A stretch of DNA of 40,000 nucleotides from the NCBI RefSeq assembly GCF_007833275.1, contig NZ_CP042241.1, forward strand, positions 2,303,490 to 2,343,489. Reading direction: 5' to 3'. The stretch comes from Salarchaeum sp. JOR-1. GTDB lineage: Archaea > Halobacteriota > Halobacteria > Halobacteriales > Halobacteriaceae. Each line of letters opens with the position of its first letter. Position 1 is the stretch's first letter. The position numbers and the translations under genes were made by a program. The notes beneath the pieces are model-generated. The model did not search any database. It was not told the DNA's origin and was given only the letters and a program-made list of their open reading frames with translations. Shown piece by piece: positions 16,721 to 26,279 of the stretch.

Positions 16721-18256
16721 ATGGATGAGGATAATTTTGATGACGCTGGCGTCAGTACCCTTGCAACTCAGGGCGGTATCACCTTCTTTGGCAGTGTTTT
16801 CGGACGAGCGTTGGGTTTCGTCTTCACGATCGGAGTTACTAAATTAGTCTCTGCCTCAACGTTCGGAGTCTACTCACTCGGATTGGCTGTAATTCTCTTT
16901 ACTAAATCAGTGGCCGATCTAAGTGTCTATCGGGGAATTGACTACTACATCCCCCAGTATCTTCCTGATGAGAACTACCAGAAAGCGCGAAATCTATTCG
17001 CCACCACGACTGTAATTGCGCTTCTTGGAACCGGACTTGCAGTACTCGTCCTCTGGTTGGTTACGCCACAGATAGCCTCGATATTTGGGGAGGGGAGATT
17101 AACCGAGATACTACCAATTCTATCTCTTGCACTCCCATTTCTGGCTTTCCGCGATATCGTGATTCGCATGTTTATCGCAATAAAGCAATTGAAGTATCGA
17201 GTGTTTCTACGTGATCTTCTTCTTCCTGGAGGGAAACTACTTGTCACACTGGGCCTCATATTTGCAGGTTACGAACTTGTGGCCCTATTGGGGGGATACC
17301 TATTGTCGGTAATCGTGGTGGCTCTCGCAGGAGTTATTTTCCTGCAACGCCGGGTCGGCTGGTTGTTTGACGGCCCAGTCGAAGGTTTCGGGCTGGGCGA
17401 ATTATTCTCCTATTCTCTTCCGTTAGTCTTCGCTGGCGTAATTTATGCGACAATCAGCCAAATAGATTTCTTTATAATTGGATATTACCCGAATACAAAT
17501 TCGAAGGATCTTGCAATATATAAGGTAGCTAATCTCCTGGGGGTTAATATACTGATATTTTTGAACTCATTGGCACCAGTCTTCAAGCCAATGGTTACCG
17601 AGGTAAAAAATGACAATGAGTTGCTCAACAGCCGTTACAGTCTCGCAGCACGCTGGATACTTTTATGCACCCTCCCAATTGCACTGACACTCATCTTAGC
17701 ACCAAGGACATATCTATCTCTGCTGTTCACTCCCGTATACGCCGCTGGCGCAGGAGCGTTAATTGTTCTTGTACTCGGCTATCTAGTGAATTCCTCAGTA
17801 GGCCCAGAAGGGATGGTTCTTGAGGGACTTGGATTTACCAGATTGACTTTAGCAAACACTGTTTTGATGGTCAGTGTAAACGCTCTCCTCGATCTTCTCC
17901 TCATACCACGACTCGGAATTCTCGGTGCTGCAGTTGGAACTGCAGTGGGAATTACATGCGGCGTTATCGCAGGAGTTCTCGAACTCCGATATTTCCGGGG
18001 ACTCTTGCCCTTTGATAGAAGAACCGTCTACGTCCTTCTCTCAGGTGTGCCACCGCTGTCTGTTGGATGGATTGTTACCGCTTTAATCGACAGCCAATTA
18101 CTCCTCGCAGTAACCCTCCCAGTTATCGTCCTTGTATCCTATCTAATCCCTCTCCAGATCTTCGATGTCTTTGGTGAAGAAGACAAATTGGTTGCAGACC
18201 TCATCGAAAAGAAATTTGGAGTTGGCCTACTAGGTTGGTTCATTCACCGGAAATAA
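16721..18256 (+). CDS. Oligosaccharide/polysaccharide flippase (Wzx-like, MOP superfamily)
   Basis: 511 aa and hydrophobic almost throughout, with more than 10 TM segments. The organisation is typical of flippases in archaeal glycosylation clusters. Confidence 0.85.
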   Translation: MDEDNFDDAGVSTLATQGGITFFGSVFGRALGFVFTIGVTKLVSASTFGVYSLGLAVILFTKSVADLSVYRGIDYYIPQYLPDENYQKARNLFATTTVIALLGTGLAVLVLWLVTPQIASIFGEGRLTEILPILSLALPFLAFRDIVIRMFIAIKQLKYRVFLRDLLLPGGKLLVTLGLIFAGYELVALLGGYLLSVIVVALAGVIFLQRRVGWLFDGPVEGFGLGELFSYSLPLVFAGVIYATISQIDFFIIGYYPNTNSKDLAIYKVANLLGVNILIFLNSLAPVFKPMVTEVKNDNELLNSRYSLAARWILLCTLPIALTLILAPRTYLSLLFTPVYAAGAGALIVLVLGYLVNSSVGPEGMVLEGLGFTRLTLANTVLMVSVNALLDLLLIPRLGILGAAVGTAVGITCGVIAGVLELRYFRGLLPFDRRTVYVLLSGVPPLSVGWIVTALIDSQLLLAVTLPVIVLVSYLIPLQIFDVFGEEDKLVADLIEKKFGVGLLGWFIHRK

Positions 18257-18264
18257 ATACCTCG

Positions 18265-19260
18265 TCACCGATACCCGAGGGCCTCAAGTTTTTCTTCGAG
18301 ATCTTCTTCAAACGTGTCCGCGGTATCTGTTGGCGGCTCGGAGACAGTGTGTCGACGTGGGCCATGATTGATGACTAGCCAGGGTACCTTGCACAGTTCG
18401 ACAGTATGAGGATGGCGATAGTGCTCGTAAAGTTTTCCTAATATGGGGTATGGTTGTTCACCGAACATTTCCCCATGATCTGCTGAAACAACCACCTTTC
18501 CGTCGATCTCTGAGATAAGTTCTTCTACTTCCTCCAGGACGATATCGAGCGTTTCACGATATGCCTTCCTCGCTTTTTCGACCTCTATCTCGCCATCAGC
18601 GACCGCCTCAAAGAGTCTAATCTTATCTGACTGGTCGTTTGGATCGACTCCACCGAGATTTAATTGGTCGCGTAATTTGTCCCCCGTCGGGCCTAGTGGC
18701 GGATCGTGGGGCTGCATATAATGAACAATTACCCGTTTATCGTCATACTCATCATGGGCACGTATCGCCGCATTTGTAACCGTCTCAGGCCTCACACAAT
18801 TTGCCTTAGTATCCCAACTAGATAACGGGTCGTCAACAATTGCGTGGAATACTCCGTCATCTATGCGATCAACATGAGGGTTTGCAGTTACATAAACTGT
18901 ATCATGTAATTCTCGTCCAGCAAAATTCTCTCTGATGAACTTTGGGCTATCCGGCCCTTGAGAAATCCGACTATCTAGTGTCCCCGGTAAATCATTTTGA
19001 TTCTCGAAATCATCATAGCGGCACGCATCTAAGAGAATGAGTGTATCCCAATCTGCCTCCATAACATCAATCCCGGACCCAAACCTAAACTGGAATATTC
19101 GATTGAACAAGGGTTTAAAAAGATTAGAAATCTTTGCCACATTGGGGCGATCCGTGATACCACCCCCGAGCCGAGCCTGAATAAATAATTGGGCTTTTAA
19201 TATTAACTGAACAATCCCGTGTTCCTTATAGATTTCAAATACTCTCCTCAGTAGAGACAT
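18265..19260 (-). CDS. Alkaline-phosphatase-superfamily-like protein (sulfatase/phosphotransferase-like)
   Basis: 331 aa. DWDTLILLDACRYD and VVVSADHGEMFGE resemble the two metal-binding motifs of the fold. Confidence 0.55.
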   Translation of the reverse strand: MSLLRRVFEIYKEHGIVQLILKAQLFIQARLGGGITDRPNVAKISNLFKPLFNRIFQFRFGSGIDVMEADWDTLILLDACRYDDFENQNDLPGTLDSRISQGPDSPKFIRENFAGRELHDTVYVTANPHVDRIDDGVFHAIVDDPLSSWDTKANCVRPETVTNAAIRAHDEYDDKRVIVHYMQPHDPPLGPTGDKLRDQLNLGGVDPNDQSDKIRLFEAVADGEIEVEKARKAYRETLDIVLEEVEELISEIDGKVVVSADHGEMFGEQPYPILGKLYEHYRHPHTVELCKVPWLVINHGPRRHTVSEPPTDTADTFEEDLEEKLEALGYR

Positions 19261-19572
19261 GAAGGATTCCCCATCTTATGAGTGGAACCTGACCCGGCGC
19301 ATATTTCCAATCTTCGGTTTGAATTCCGTCCTGTTATCTGGCCCTGTACAATGATATGCCGATAAATGGTTTAACACTCAACCAAACAATATTTCTTCCA
19401 TGGATGTGGGAATCTTTGCAACACAGTCCCTCTATGACTCTAATACCCAGAACTCAATCTCTGGGCGCATTCAGGCCCCATCCAAACGGCAAATATACTA
19501 TCGCTCATCCCGAGAGGCCGTAACAACCATTGTGGAAGCCGTGATATCTTGCTAAATCCAGTGTCTGAATGA

Positions 19573-20507
19573 CTGCTCTATTGAAAATGGAAGACGGCGG
19601 CAGGATTACTCCGTAATGAGTTTGAGGAAATGAGGTCGAGACGGCGATTATGGGAGTCGCTTTACTCGACCTCGTTGAGACAGCACTACGTGTAGCTAAA
19701 CAAGCGTTGGGGAAACGAGCGGGCAAGCCCGACTCAGGCGGGCTTGCCCGCGAGGCCCACATCGTCGCTCACTGTATTCGCAAGGAGGAGGGCCACAGCT
19801 ACGTCGAACTCGTTGATCGGCTGAGTCTCATGCCGGCGGTCTGCGACCGCCTCGGCATTCACCCGGACGCGCCGCCTGATCCAACCACGTTCTACCACTC
19901 GTTCGACCGCTACGCGATGTACGTCTGGCGGGCGTTGCTGCGCATTTCCGCGCAGCAACACCCGCAGTCTGGTCACGTCGCACTGGACAGTACGTTCTTC
20001 GAACGGAAACAAGCCTCACAACACTATCTCCAGCGGTGTGGGCGAAGTGTCAAGACGATCAAAGCGACGACGCTGACCGATACAGAATCGTTGGCGGTGC
20101 TGGACGTCCACTGCTGTATCGAGCGTGAACACGATACGAAGGCTGGCCCGCGGGTCGTCCGCCGGAATGCGGACGACCTGCGGGCCGTGGCCGCCGACAA
20201 CGGCTTCCAAGACTGGCATACCGAATACGAGATCGCTGCACATGATATCGAGTACCTCGTTCACTACCGCGGTTCAACAGCGAAGGCAACCGCGAATAAC
20301 GCACTCATCCGAGCGAAGGGCTACACACAGCGATGGATGGCAGAAACGTCTTACTCGACGGTCAAGCGAACGCAGGACTCCGCCCTGCGTTCGCGGTTCT
20401 GGTACCGCCAGTTCCGTGAGATCGTTCTCCTGTTCGCGCTCAACAACCTCAAGAAGCTCGCCAAAACGCTATGATCCCGCTCCCGTACCGCATTTTCAAT
20501 AGAGCAG
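19573..20507 (+). mobile_element. IS5-family insertion sequence (935 bp)
   Basis: Perfect 17-bp terminal inverted repeats CTGCTCTATTGAAAATG lie at 19573-19589 and 20491-20507. They enclose a single DDE transposase ORF. No target-site duplication is evident. Confidence 0.8.
19650..20474 (+). CDS. IS5-family DDE transposase
   Basis: 274 aa. The segments ALDSTFFE...SQHY, AADNGFQDW and the C-terminal RWMAETSYSTVKR are typical of haloarchaeal IS5/ISH-type transposases. Confidence 0.88.
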   Translation: MGVALLDLVETALRVAKQALGKRAGKPDSGGLAREAHIVAHCIRKEEGHSYVELVDRLSLMPAVCDRLGIHPDAPPDPTTFYHSFDRYAMYVWRALLRISAQQHPQSGHVALDSTFFERKQASQHYLQRCGRSVKTIKATTLTDTESLAVLDVHCCIEREHDTKAGPRVVRRNADDLRAVAADNGFQDWHTEYEIAAHDIEYLVHYRGSTAKATANNALIRAKGYTQRWMAETSYSTVKRTQDSALRSRFWYRQFREIVLLFALNNLKKLAKTL

Positions 20508-20690
20508 CTCACTCCAGTTTGGAATGTCGAGGGCCTGAAGATAGGGTCCGCGAGAACCGACGAACGGGTCATCCGAATCCGTGGTCTGGAATCGCTGATG
20601 AACGTTCCGCGCGGCGTTACCGAGGTCGCCGAGCAGGTATGCCTCATAGGCGTCCTTGATCTGTTCTGCGCGGCGAGCAGGATCGTTCAT
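20496..20690 (-). pseudogene. 3'-disrupted last gene of the defence-like operon; the last 3 codons and the stop come from the IS
   Basis: The ATG overlaps the upstream stop in an ATGA. The reading frame runs into the IS5 right IR at 20507 (…NWSE|LLY*). The left flank of the IS does not continue a convincing ORF. Confidence 0.5.
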
Positions 20691-21463
20691 CGGGTATCGA
20701 TCTCCATTCGAATTGCCGATTCGAGGTCATCGACGCCTTTCATCTCCTTGATGACCTCGACAGAGAGTTCGTTCAGACGGACGCTACCCTCCTCCGCGAA
20801 GCGCTTGAGTATGTCCATGGCATCCTCGCTCAGTCCGTGTTCCTCCTGGAACGAATCCCATCCGTGCTTTCCGGCGTTCTGTTCCCACTTATCGGTCAAG
20901 TTGTCCCACCGGGACTCCAGAGACGATAGGGTTCTGTCCTCGTCCCAGATCGACTCGTTGAGGAACGCATCCATGTCCGATAACACCTCCTCGAAATCGC
21001 TCCCGGCACCCCCGATGATCTGATTGAGGTCACGGGCGGATTCGATTTCCCCTTCCCATTCCCGCTGGTGTTCTCGAATCGCGTCTATCGTCTCGCTCCG
21101 AGCATGACGAACTACCTCTCGAGCGTCCTCGACGCTCTGGAGGATTTCATTCGTCCGCCTGTCTTCGGCCGCACTGAGCACTTCCTCATCGGTGATGTCA
21201 GAGACCTCACGGACACGACGGACCGCCCTATCTACTTCGTCGAGGCGGTCGCCGCCGAAGACGCTCGTTAGCACTCCGTCGTAGAAAAGCAGGCCTTCGA
21301 CGGACGAGTCGAGACTGCTGAGTTCCCGCCCCAAATCCCCGATGTTGTCCTTCGCTCGCCGGATCTCCGCTTCCAGATCGTTGGCCCGTTCGGCACGATC
21401 CGCTTTCTCCCCGATCTCCTCGATTTTCCGCTCGAGTTCGTCCTCGAACTGAGATTCGCTCAT
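20687..21463 (-). CDS. Acidic coiled-coil protein, function unknown
   Basis: 258 aa with heptad-like E/R/L-rich segments. It overlaps the upstream ATPase gene as TAATG. Confidence 0.75.
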
Positions 21464-24400
21464 TACTGGACACCTCCGATAGTCTGCTGGACTGAGTCGC
21501 GCGCGTCACTGAACACCTCGAACTCTGTCGAGGACTCGACCTGATCTCGGAAGTCGCCGACTTCGCTACCTTCGGCGTCTTCCAACGCCTCGACCATCTC
21601 CGCAAAGACCTCGTACACTTCCCATGCAGCGCTCTCGTTCAGACTACGCTGATATTCGTGTAGAAGAGCGATTGACGAGATTGCGTCGTCCGTCTCCGCG
21701 TCTTCGATTTCATTGAGAGTTGACCGGAAATCTCCAAGACCGAGGTCACTCTCGGAATCGTTCAGTAACTGCCCGACGTCCCCCCATTTCTGACGGTGGG
21801 TGACGTTGAGCGGCCCCAGCGCGCTTTCCATTTCATCGTAAAGTTCAGCTAATTCCTCCTGAGTATGGCTCAGGTGGTGGAACCTCCGGTAATGGTCGGT
21901 TTCCTCCTGGAGATCTCCGACGTCCACTTGCTGTTCCACCTTCTCCAGTTCACCCGCTAGGTCGGAGAAGTCCTCTACAATCTTCCCGAAGCGCTTCTGA
22001 GAGTTGTTTCGAGTCGTCCCGATTCTGTAGGCGTCCGCTAAATCATCGACGCTCGTCGTACTTAGACCGCTCAGGTAACTGTCGAGATTCTCGGACACGC
22101 CGTTGATGGCTTCATTGAGGCGCTCGTAATCCACTACGTTCTCTTTCAAGAGGAAGAAGCCTCGTGCGAGGCTTCCGATGTCTCCCGTGTGATTGGAGGC
22201 CCGCTCGAAAGCGCCTTCGAGGCCCTGTGGGAGTTCTATCCCGACGTCGGATTGGTAGCTGAGGGGGGACGTCTCCTCCATCTGGTACCCCTCGAAGACC
22301 AGTTCGGGCGAAAGATCGGTTTTCCCCTTACCGATATTCATCACCAGGAAGTGAGCAAGGACGACGAACTCCTCTATAGTCATCTGCTCGGGGAGGTGGC
22401 CTTCGATGTCCCGCCGCATCCGACCCCGATACTCCACGACCTTGTCGGTCGCCCAACCCCGGAGTTTGTCGAAATTGGCGTCGTCTTCAAACGAGTCCGC
22501 GTACCCGTGGTGGAGCATCTGACGGTATAGTTCCTCATTTTCCGTACCGTGGGGTACTTCGAAACTCATCGACGCCGGCGAGTCGGCACCTCGTATAACC
22601 ACGGGCGGCTCTGATCCCCGGTCGAAATAGATCCCCGTGGTGTTCCTCGCCGTGGAGTTCTCGTTCGCAAGTCTTGTCGGGTCGTGCCACCTCTCCAGCG
22701 TGGCCACCACGCCGTCTCGGAACCGATCCGCGGATGCGTACTCCGTACCGTCCATCAGCCAACTCTGGAACTCCCGGTAGTCCTCTGGCGGAACTTCAAC
22801 TTCCGGTTCCGGACCCGGACGTCCTTCTTCATCATCTCCTTCATCCCCCTCTTCGTCCGTTTCTTCCTCCACTTCCTCCGATTCATCTTCCTCCGGTTCC
22901 CGGTCGGCTTCGTCTTCGTCATCGGTGTCGATGCGCTCGGAGGTCGGCTCAGCTCCCGGTTCGCGCTCGATGACAGTCACGTCCCCCGCTGCGAAGCTGG
23001 TGTCGAAGAAGACGTTCCCGTCTTTTTCCGCCGCCCCGTGCGTATCAACTCCAAACGCGTCGAACACCTCGGTCGGAAGCCAGAGCTGTCCCCGGTGTTT
23101 CAGTGCGTACCATTGAGTCAACTCGAGGCACGGCGTGGAGTGCTCGTTGATTCCGATGAGGTAAGGGCGTTGGCGGACGTAGGAATTGTTCTGTACTGCC
23201 TCGAACGGAGGCACGTCCGAGGTCAGGCATTCTGCGATGACGTGGACGAGTAAAATTCGCGGCGTCTGCTGGAGGTTGCCGTCCTGCACGAGGTTGGCAT
23301 AGACGTGTCGGATGAACGCTTCGTTGAACGGGTACACCGAATCGAACGCCTCTTCAGGCACCTCGGCACTCGCTTCGGAGTGTTCCTTGATCGCGTCGAG
23401 GTACGCCTTAACGAGGACGACGGGAGCGCTCTGCCCTTCGAGGAAGTAGGCCTGACCGTTGTCGTCGGTCATGCTGAGATACCCCTGAGTCCGCTGTTTC
23501 ATGTAGGTCAACGAGTCTTCGCTCGTCGATAGCGCGTCGTCGATATTCTCGCGCTCCCACCCCGTCGTCCATCCCATAATGACGTCGTAATGGCCGCTGG
23601 ACAACTCGAAGATATGGTCCAACAGATCGTCTTTGAGCACGCTGAACGTGGTCAGGTCCTCACAAATCAGAACCGGGCGCTTGCCCTCTTCGACGTAAGC
23701 TTCGGAGATGTCCTCTAACTCGCGCTTGAAGTCCTCGATGCCGATGTTCCGGGTCAGCAGATCGTGAACAGCGCGGCGAACTACGGGATAGACGTCGTCC
23801 TCTCGCTTGGTTTCCCCGAACGCGCTGAAACAGATACGTCCGTAGTCCTCGCGGGACAGCAGGTACTCCTTGATGTCCTGTTCTTGGCCTTCCTTCTCCA
23901 CGGACTCCTGATACTCTTCGATATTCTCGACGAGAATGGTTCTGAAATCCTCCGCATTCGAACGGGGTTCGAGGAACTCCTCCAAGTCGAAGCTTCTGAG
24001 GGCGCCCTGTCCTTTGTAGAACGTGTGGAGTCCCTGGATGATGAAGTCCGCGACGTCTTCCGGGTTCAGCGAAGAAATGTCGTTGACCTCTTCGTATTCT
24101 TTGTCGATGGGGTCGTGGAGGATCTCCAGAATCTCGTCTAGCCTGGTGTTGCTCCTGGAGATGTGGATTGCGACGTGTTCGTCGTCGGTCCCATCGCTCT
24201 CGCCGTAACCGTTGATCTCGTACTCGAGCCACTGGCAGAGATGGCTCTTCCCGCTCCCGACCTCACCCTTGACGATGAAGATGCGGTTGTCGTCTTCGAG
24301 GTCTGAATCCAGAACTGCGTCCCGGAACTGGGACTCCGTCACGAAGGCGTCGTCTCCGCTGTGGGGGCGCAGTATCTCCGCCCGTATCTTGTCTATCTCG

Positions 24401-24501
24401 ACGTGGGTCTCTCGGAAGACCTTGGGAGTCTTCTGCTGTGACTCCGGTTTGATGAAATCCTCTACGACATCTCGGTCCCAGTTGCGAACCATTTGAGTCA
24501 T
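21463..24501 (-). CDS. Large P-loop NTPase (1012 aa) with an internal poly-acidic linker
   Basis: Walker A is KGEVGSGKSH (about 24244-24267). Walker B-like is PVLICEDLT. A D/E-rich tract lies at about 22786-22938. Resemblance to BrxC/PglY- or PbeC-type defence ATPases is only a hypothesis. Confidence 0.85.
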   Translation of the reverse strand: MTQMVRNWDRDVVEDFIKPESQQKTPKVFRETHVEIDKIRAEILRPHSGDDAFVTESQFRDAVLDSDLEDDNRIFIVKGEVGSGKSHLCQWLEYEINGYGESDGTDDEHVAIHISRSNTRLDEILEILHDPIDKEYEEVNDISSLNPEDVADFIIQGLHTFYKGQGALRSFDLEEFLEPRSNAEDFRTILVENIEEYQESVEKEGQEQDIKEYLLSREDYGRICFSAFGETKREDDVYPVVRRAVHDLLTRNIGIEDFKRELEDISEAYVEEGKRPVLICEDLTTFSVLKDDLLDHIFELSSGHYDVIMGWTTGWERENIDDALSTSEDSLTYMKQRTQGYLSMTDDNGQAYFLEGQSAPVVLVKAYLDAIKEHSEASAEVPEEAFDSVYPFNEAFIRHVYANLVQDGNLQQTPRILLVHVIAECLTSDVPPFEAVQNNSYVRQRPYLIGINEHSTPCLELTQWYALKHRGQLWLPTEVFDAFGVDTHGAAEKDGNVFFDTSFAAGDVTVIEREPGAEPTSERIDTDDEDEADREPEEDESEEVEEETDEEGDEGDDEEGRPGPEPEVEVPPEDYREFQSWLMDGTEYASADRFRDGVVATLERWHDPTRLANENSTARNTTGIYFDRGSEPPVVIRGADSPASMSFEVPHGTENEELYRQMLHHGYADSFEDDANFDKLRGWATDKVVEYRGRMRRDIEGHLPEQMTIEEFVVLAHFLVMNIGKGKTDLSPELVFEGYQMEETSPLSYQSDVGIELPQGLEGAFERASNHTGDIGSLARGFFLLKENVVDYERLNEAINGVSENLDSYLSGLSTTSVDDLADAYRIGTTRNNSQKRFGKIVEDFSDLAGELEKVEQQVDVGDLQEETDHYRRFHHLSHTQEELAELYDEMESALGPLNVTHRQKWGDVGQLLNDSESDLGLGDFRSTLNEIEDAETDDAISSIALLHEYQRSLNESAAWEVYEVFAEMVEALEDAEGSEVGDFRDQVESSTEFEVFSDARDSVQQTIGGVQ

Positions 24502-25400
24502 GCTTCGTACCTCCGTTCCGACCTTTCGAGTGGGTGCCAGTACGAAGGTCTGTCTGGCGCAGCCTCGATCGTATAATCGGCTGGCGTCTGACTGTTATCG
24601 ATGCTCATCGGAAGGTCTACGACTTCACTCCGGTCGGACATCCCCGTGAGTGACAAGGCACCGTCCGCGACGAGGCTCTCTAGGACATCGGCAACCCCGA
24701 CGTGGACTGCCGGTTGTCCTCCAGTCCGACTGAAGACCGGGAAGAAATTCCCGTCGATCCACTCCAGAGCGGATAAAACGCTATCCCCGTTCGCCCGGTG
24801 ACGTTGATGGTGGAACAGCAGTTCGTGAAGCACTGCTCTGCTCGGGGACAGCAGTATCTCGTCGTGGTCAGAGGAGAACGAGAGACCTCCGAGAGGCGCG
24901 AGGAGATTCGCCCACATCAGTATTTTCTCCTCCCTCCACTCGAGGTCGTAGTCGGTCTCCCGATCGACCTCGATCACAAGGTCGTCCACGGAGACGCGAC
25001 GAACCCCGTAGTGCCCCACGTCTGCTGAGATCTCCTGAACGGCGACCTCGTAGATGGCGGCGAGGTGGGATTGCTTTCCTGTCTGCTGCCCTATGTGATA
25101 AAGGAGCCTCGGTTCGAACGTGAGTTCAAATTCTGGAAAGAGATCCCGGTTCATCGGGTTGAGGACATCTTGTCCCGTCTGTTCCACCATGTCCAATGTC
25201 CGCAAGAACCGAAGGCAGTTGTCGATGTGGTCTGTTTCGAGGCCCGACGAGCATGGACGGCCAAACCGGTTTTCGATCTGTGAAAGCGGAGTCATGGGGT
25301 CAATATCGGTATAAATTGACTTGAGTTCGGCCCCACGAACCGTCCCGTAGCCTGTCAGGAGCTTTTCCGGTTTCGACGTGTTGTATTCGTAGTCAGACAT
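24498..25400 (-). CDS. Hypothetical protein (300 aa), operon partner of the large NTPase
   Basis: Long ORF with haloarchaeal composition. It has an 8-nt overlap with the upstream gene and an ATGA overlap with the downstream gene. Confidence 0.75.
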   Translation of the reverse strand: MSDYEYNTSKPEKLLTGYGTVRGAELKSIYTDIDPMTPLSQIENRFGRPCSSGLETDHIDNCLRFLRTLDMVEQTGQDVLNPMNRDLFPEFELTFEPRLLYHIGQQTGKQSHLAAIYEVAVQEISADVGHYGVRRVSVDDLVIEVDRETDYDLEWREEKILMWANLLAPLGGLSFSSDHDEILLSPSRAVLHELLFHHQRHRANGDSVLSALEWIDGNFFPVFSRTGGQPAVHVGVADVLESLVADGALSLTGMSDRSEVVDLPMSIDNSQTPADYTIEAAPDRPSYWHPLERSERRYEA

Positions 25401-26235
25401 CGGCGTACAGTTCTGCGTTCTGTTGGCGTCGTTCGTCGAGACGATCCGTTCTAAACTGACACTGCGTGAGCATCGAATCCATGTTGTTCGCTATTTTCTG
25501 AACGTCTCCTCGTTCCGTCCACGAGCGTAACGCCTCCCGGATTCGTTCCGTGTACCTGTCGAGAATCTCCTGTAGATCGTGCTCGACGAAGTAATAGAGC
25601 GGGTCCCAGGCCGGACTGTTCGGAGGCGCCTTCTCGTAATCGAATAGTTCCGGAAGAGTGCTGGCTGGCGCACCAACGGCGTTGTGACAGTCCGAGATCT
25701 GGTGATAGTAGAGGTTTTTGGAGCCCCGGTTGGTCGAGACAGGTAACGCCGAATCTAGGTTGTCCCGGATATAGCTCGTTACCCGCGACTCGTAATCGAT
25801 CCCCTTGTTCGGCGTGAACTCATCCACGAAGGAACGCTCGGTCGTGTATGCCGGTGTCCGTGGTGCGTTGGTATCAGAGACGACGATGTAAATGTCGTCT
25901 TCTGATCGCTGCTTCAGGAGCGACCTAACGAGGTGTTGCTCGCCGTATTCGGTCAGCCCCTCTTGGCTCACGACGTGGACCAAGGGGAACTCTATCTCGT
26001 GAGGGTCTACATCCTCCGGACCGAAGTAGGTGTACGAAACTGGCTTGAAATCGTTGTCCCAGAGGTCTGTGTGTATGATCCTGTCGTACCCGTGCTCTAT
26101 CAGCAACGGGAGGCTGCGTAATTGAGCCCTCGGCTCGTGGGTGTGCTCACCGACGTATGGATCTCGAATGACGATGAGGTTCGCATACGTCTGGCCGGTC
26201 AGTGAGGAGAGCCCTGATTCCACGAGTTGTGACAA
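25393..26235 (-). CDS. Hypothetical protein (about 276-280 aa), first gene of the five-gene operon
   Basis: Long ORF. The only start candidates are TTG 26235 or GTG 26223. A TATA-like CATTTAT lies on the minus strand at about 26250. Confidence 0.7.
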   Translation of the reverse strand: MSQLVESGLSSLTGQTYANLIVIRDPYVGEHTHEPRAQLRSLPLLIEHGYDRIIHTDLWDNDFKPVSYTYFGPEDVDPHEIEFPLVHVVSQEGLTEYGEQHLVRSLLKQRSEDDIYIVVSDTNAPRTPAYTTERSFVDEFTPNKGIDYESRVTSYIRDNLDSALPVSTNRGSKNLYYHQISDCHNAVGAPASTLPELFDYEKAPPNSPAWDPLYYFVEHDLQEILDRYTERIREALRSWTERGDVQKIANNMDSMLTQCQFRTDRLDERRQQNAELYADV

Positions 26236-26279
26236 CCCGCGGTCACCTGATAAATGTATTGGAGGGATAGACCTTCGGC

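Noticed and set aside
19505-19762. 85-aa minus-strand ORF crossing the IS5 left end
   Set aside because: It spans the IS boundary and the transposase start in antisense, so it is not a plausible gene.
21228-24232. Alternative-frame ORFs inside the large NTPase and coiled-coil genes (e.g. 22684..23253, 23660..24232, 21228..21605)
   Set aside because: They are embedded in long, motif-bearing genes. Their Arg/Pro/Ser-rich sequences are typical frame shadows.
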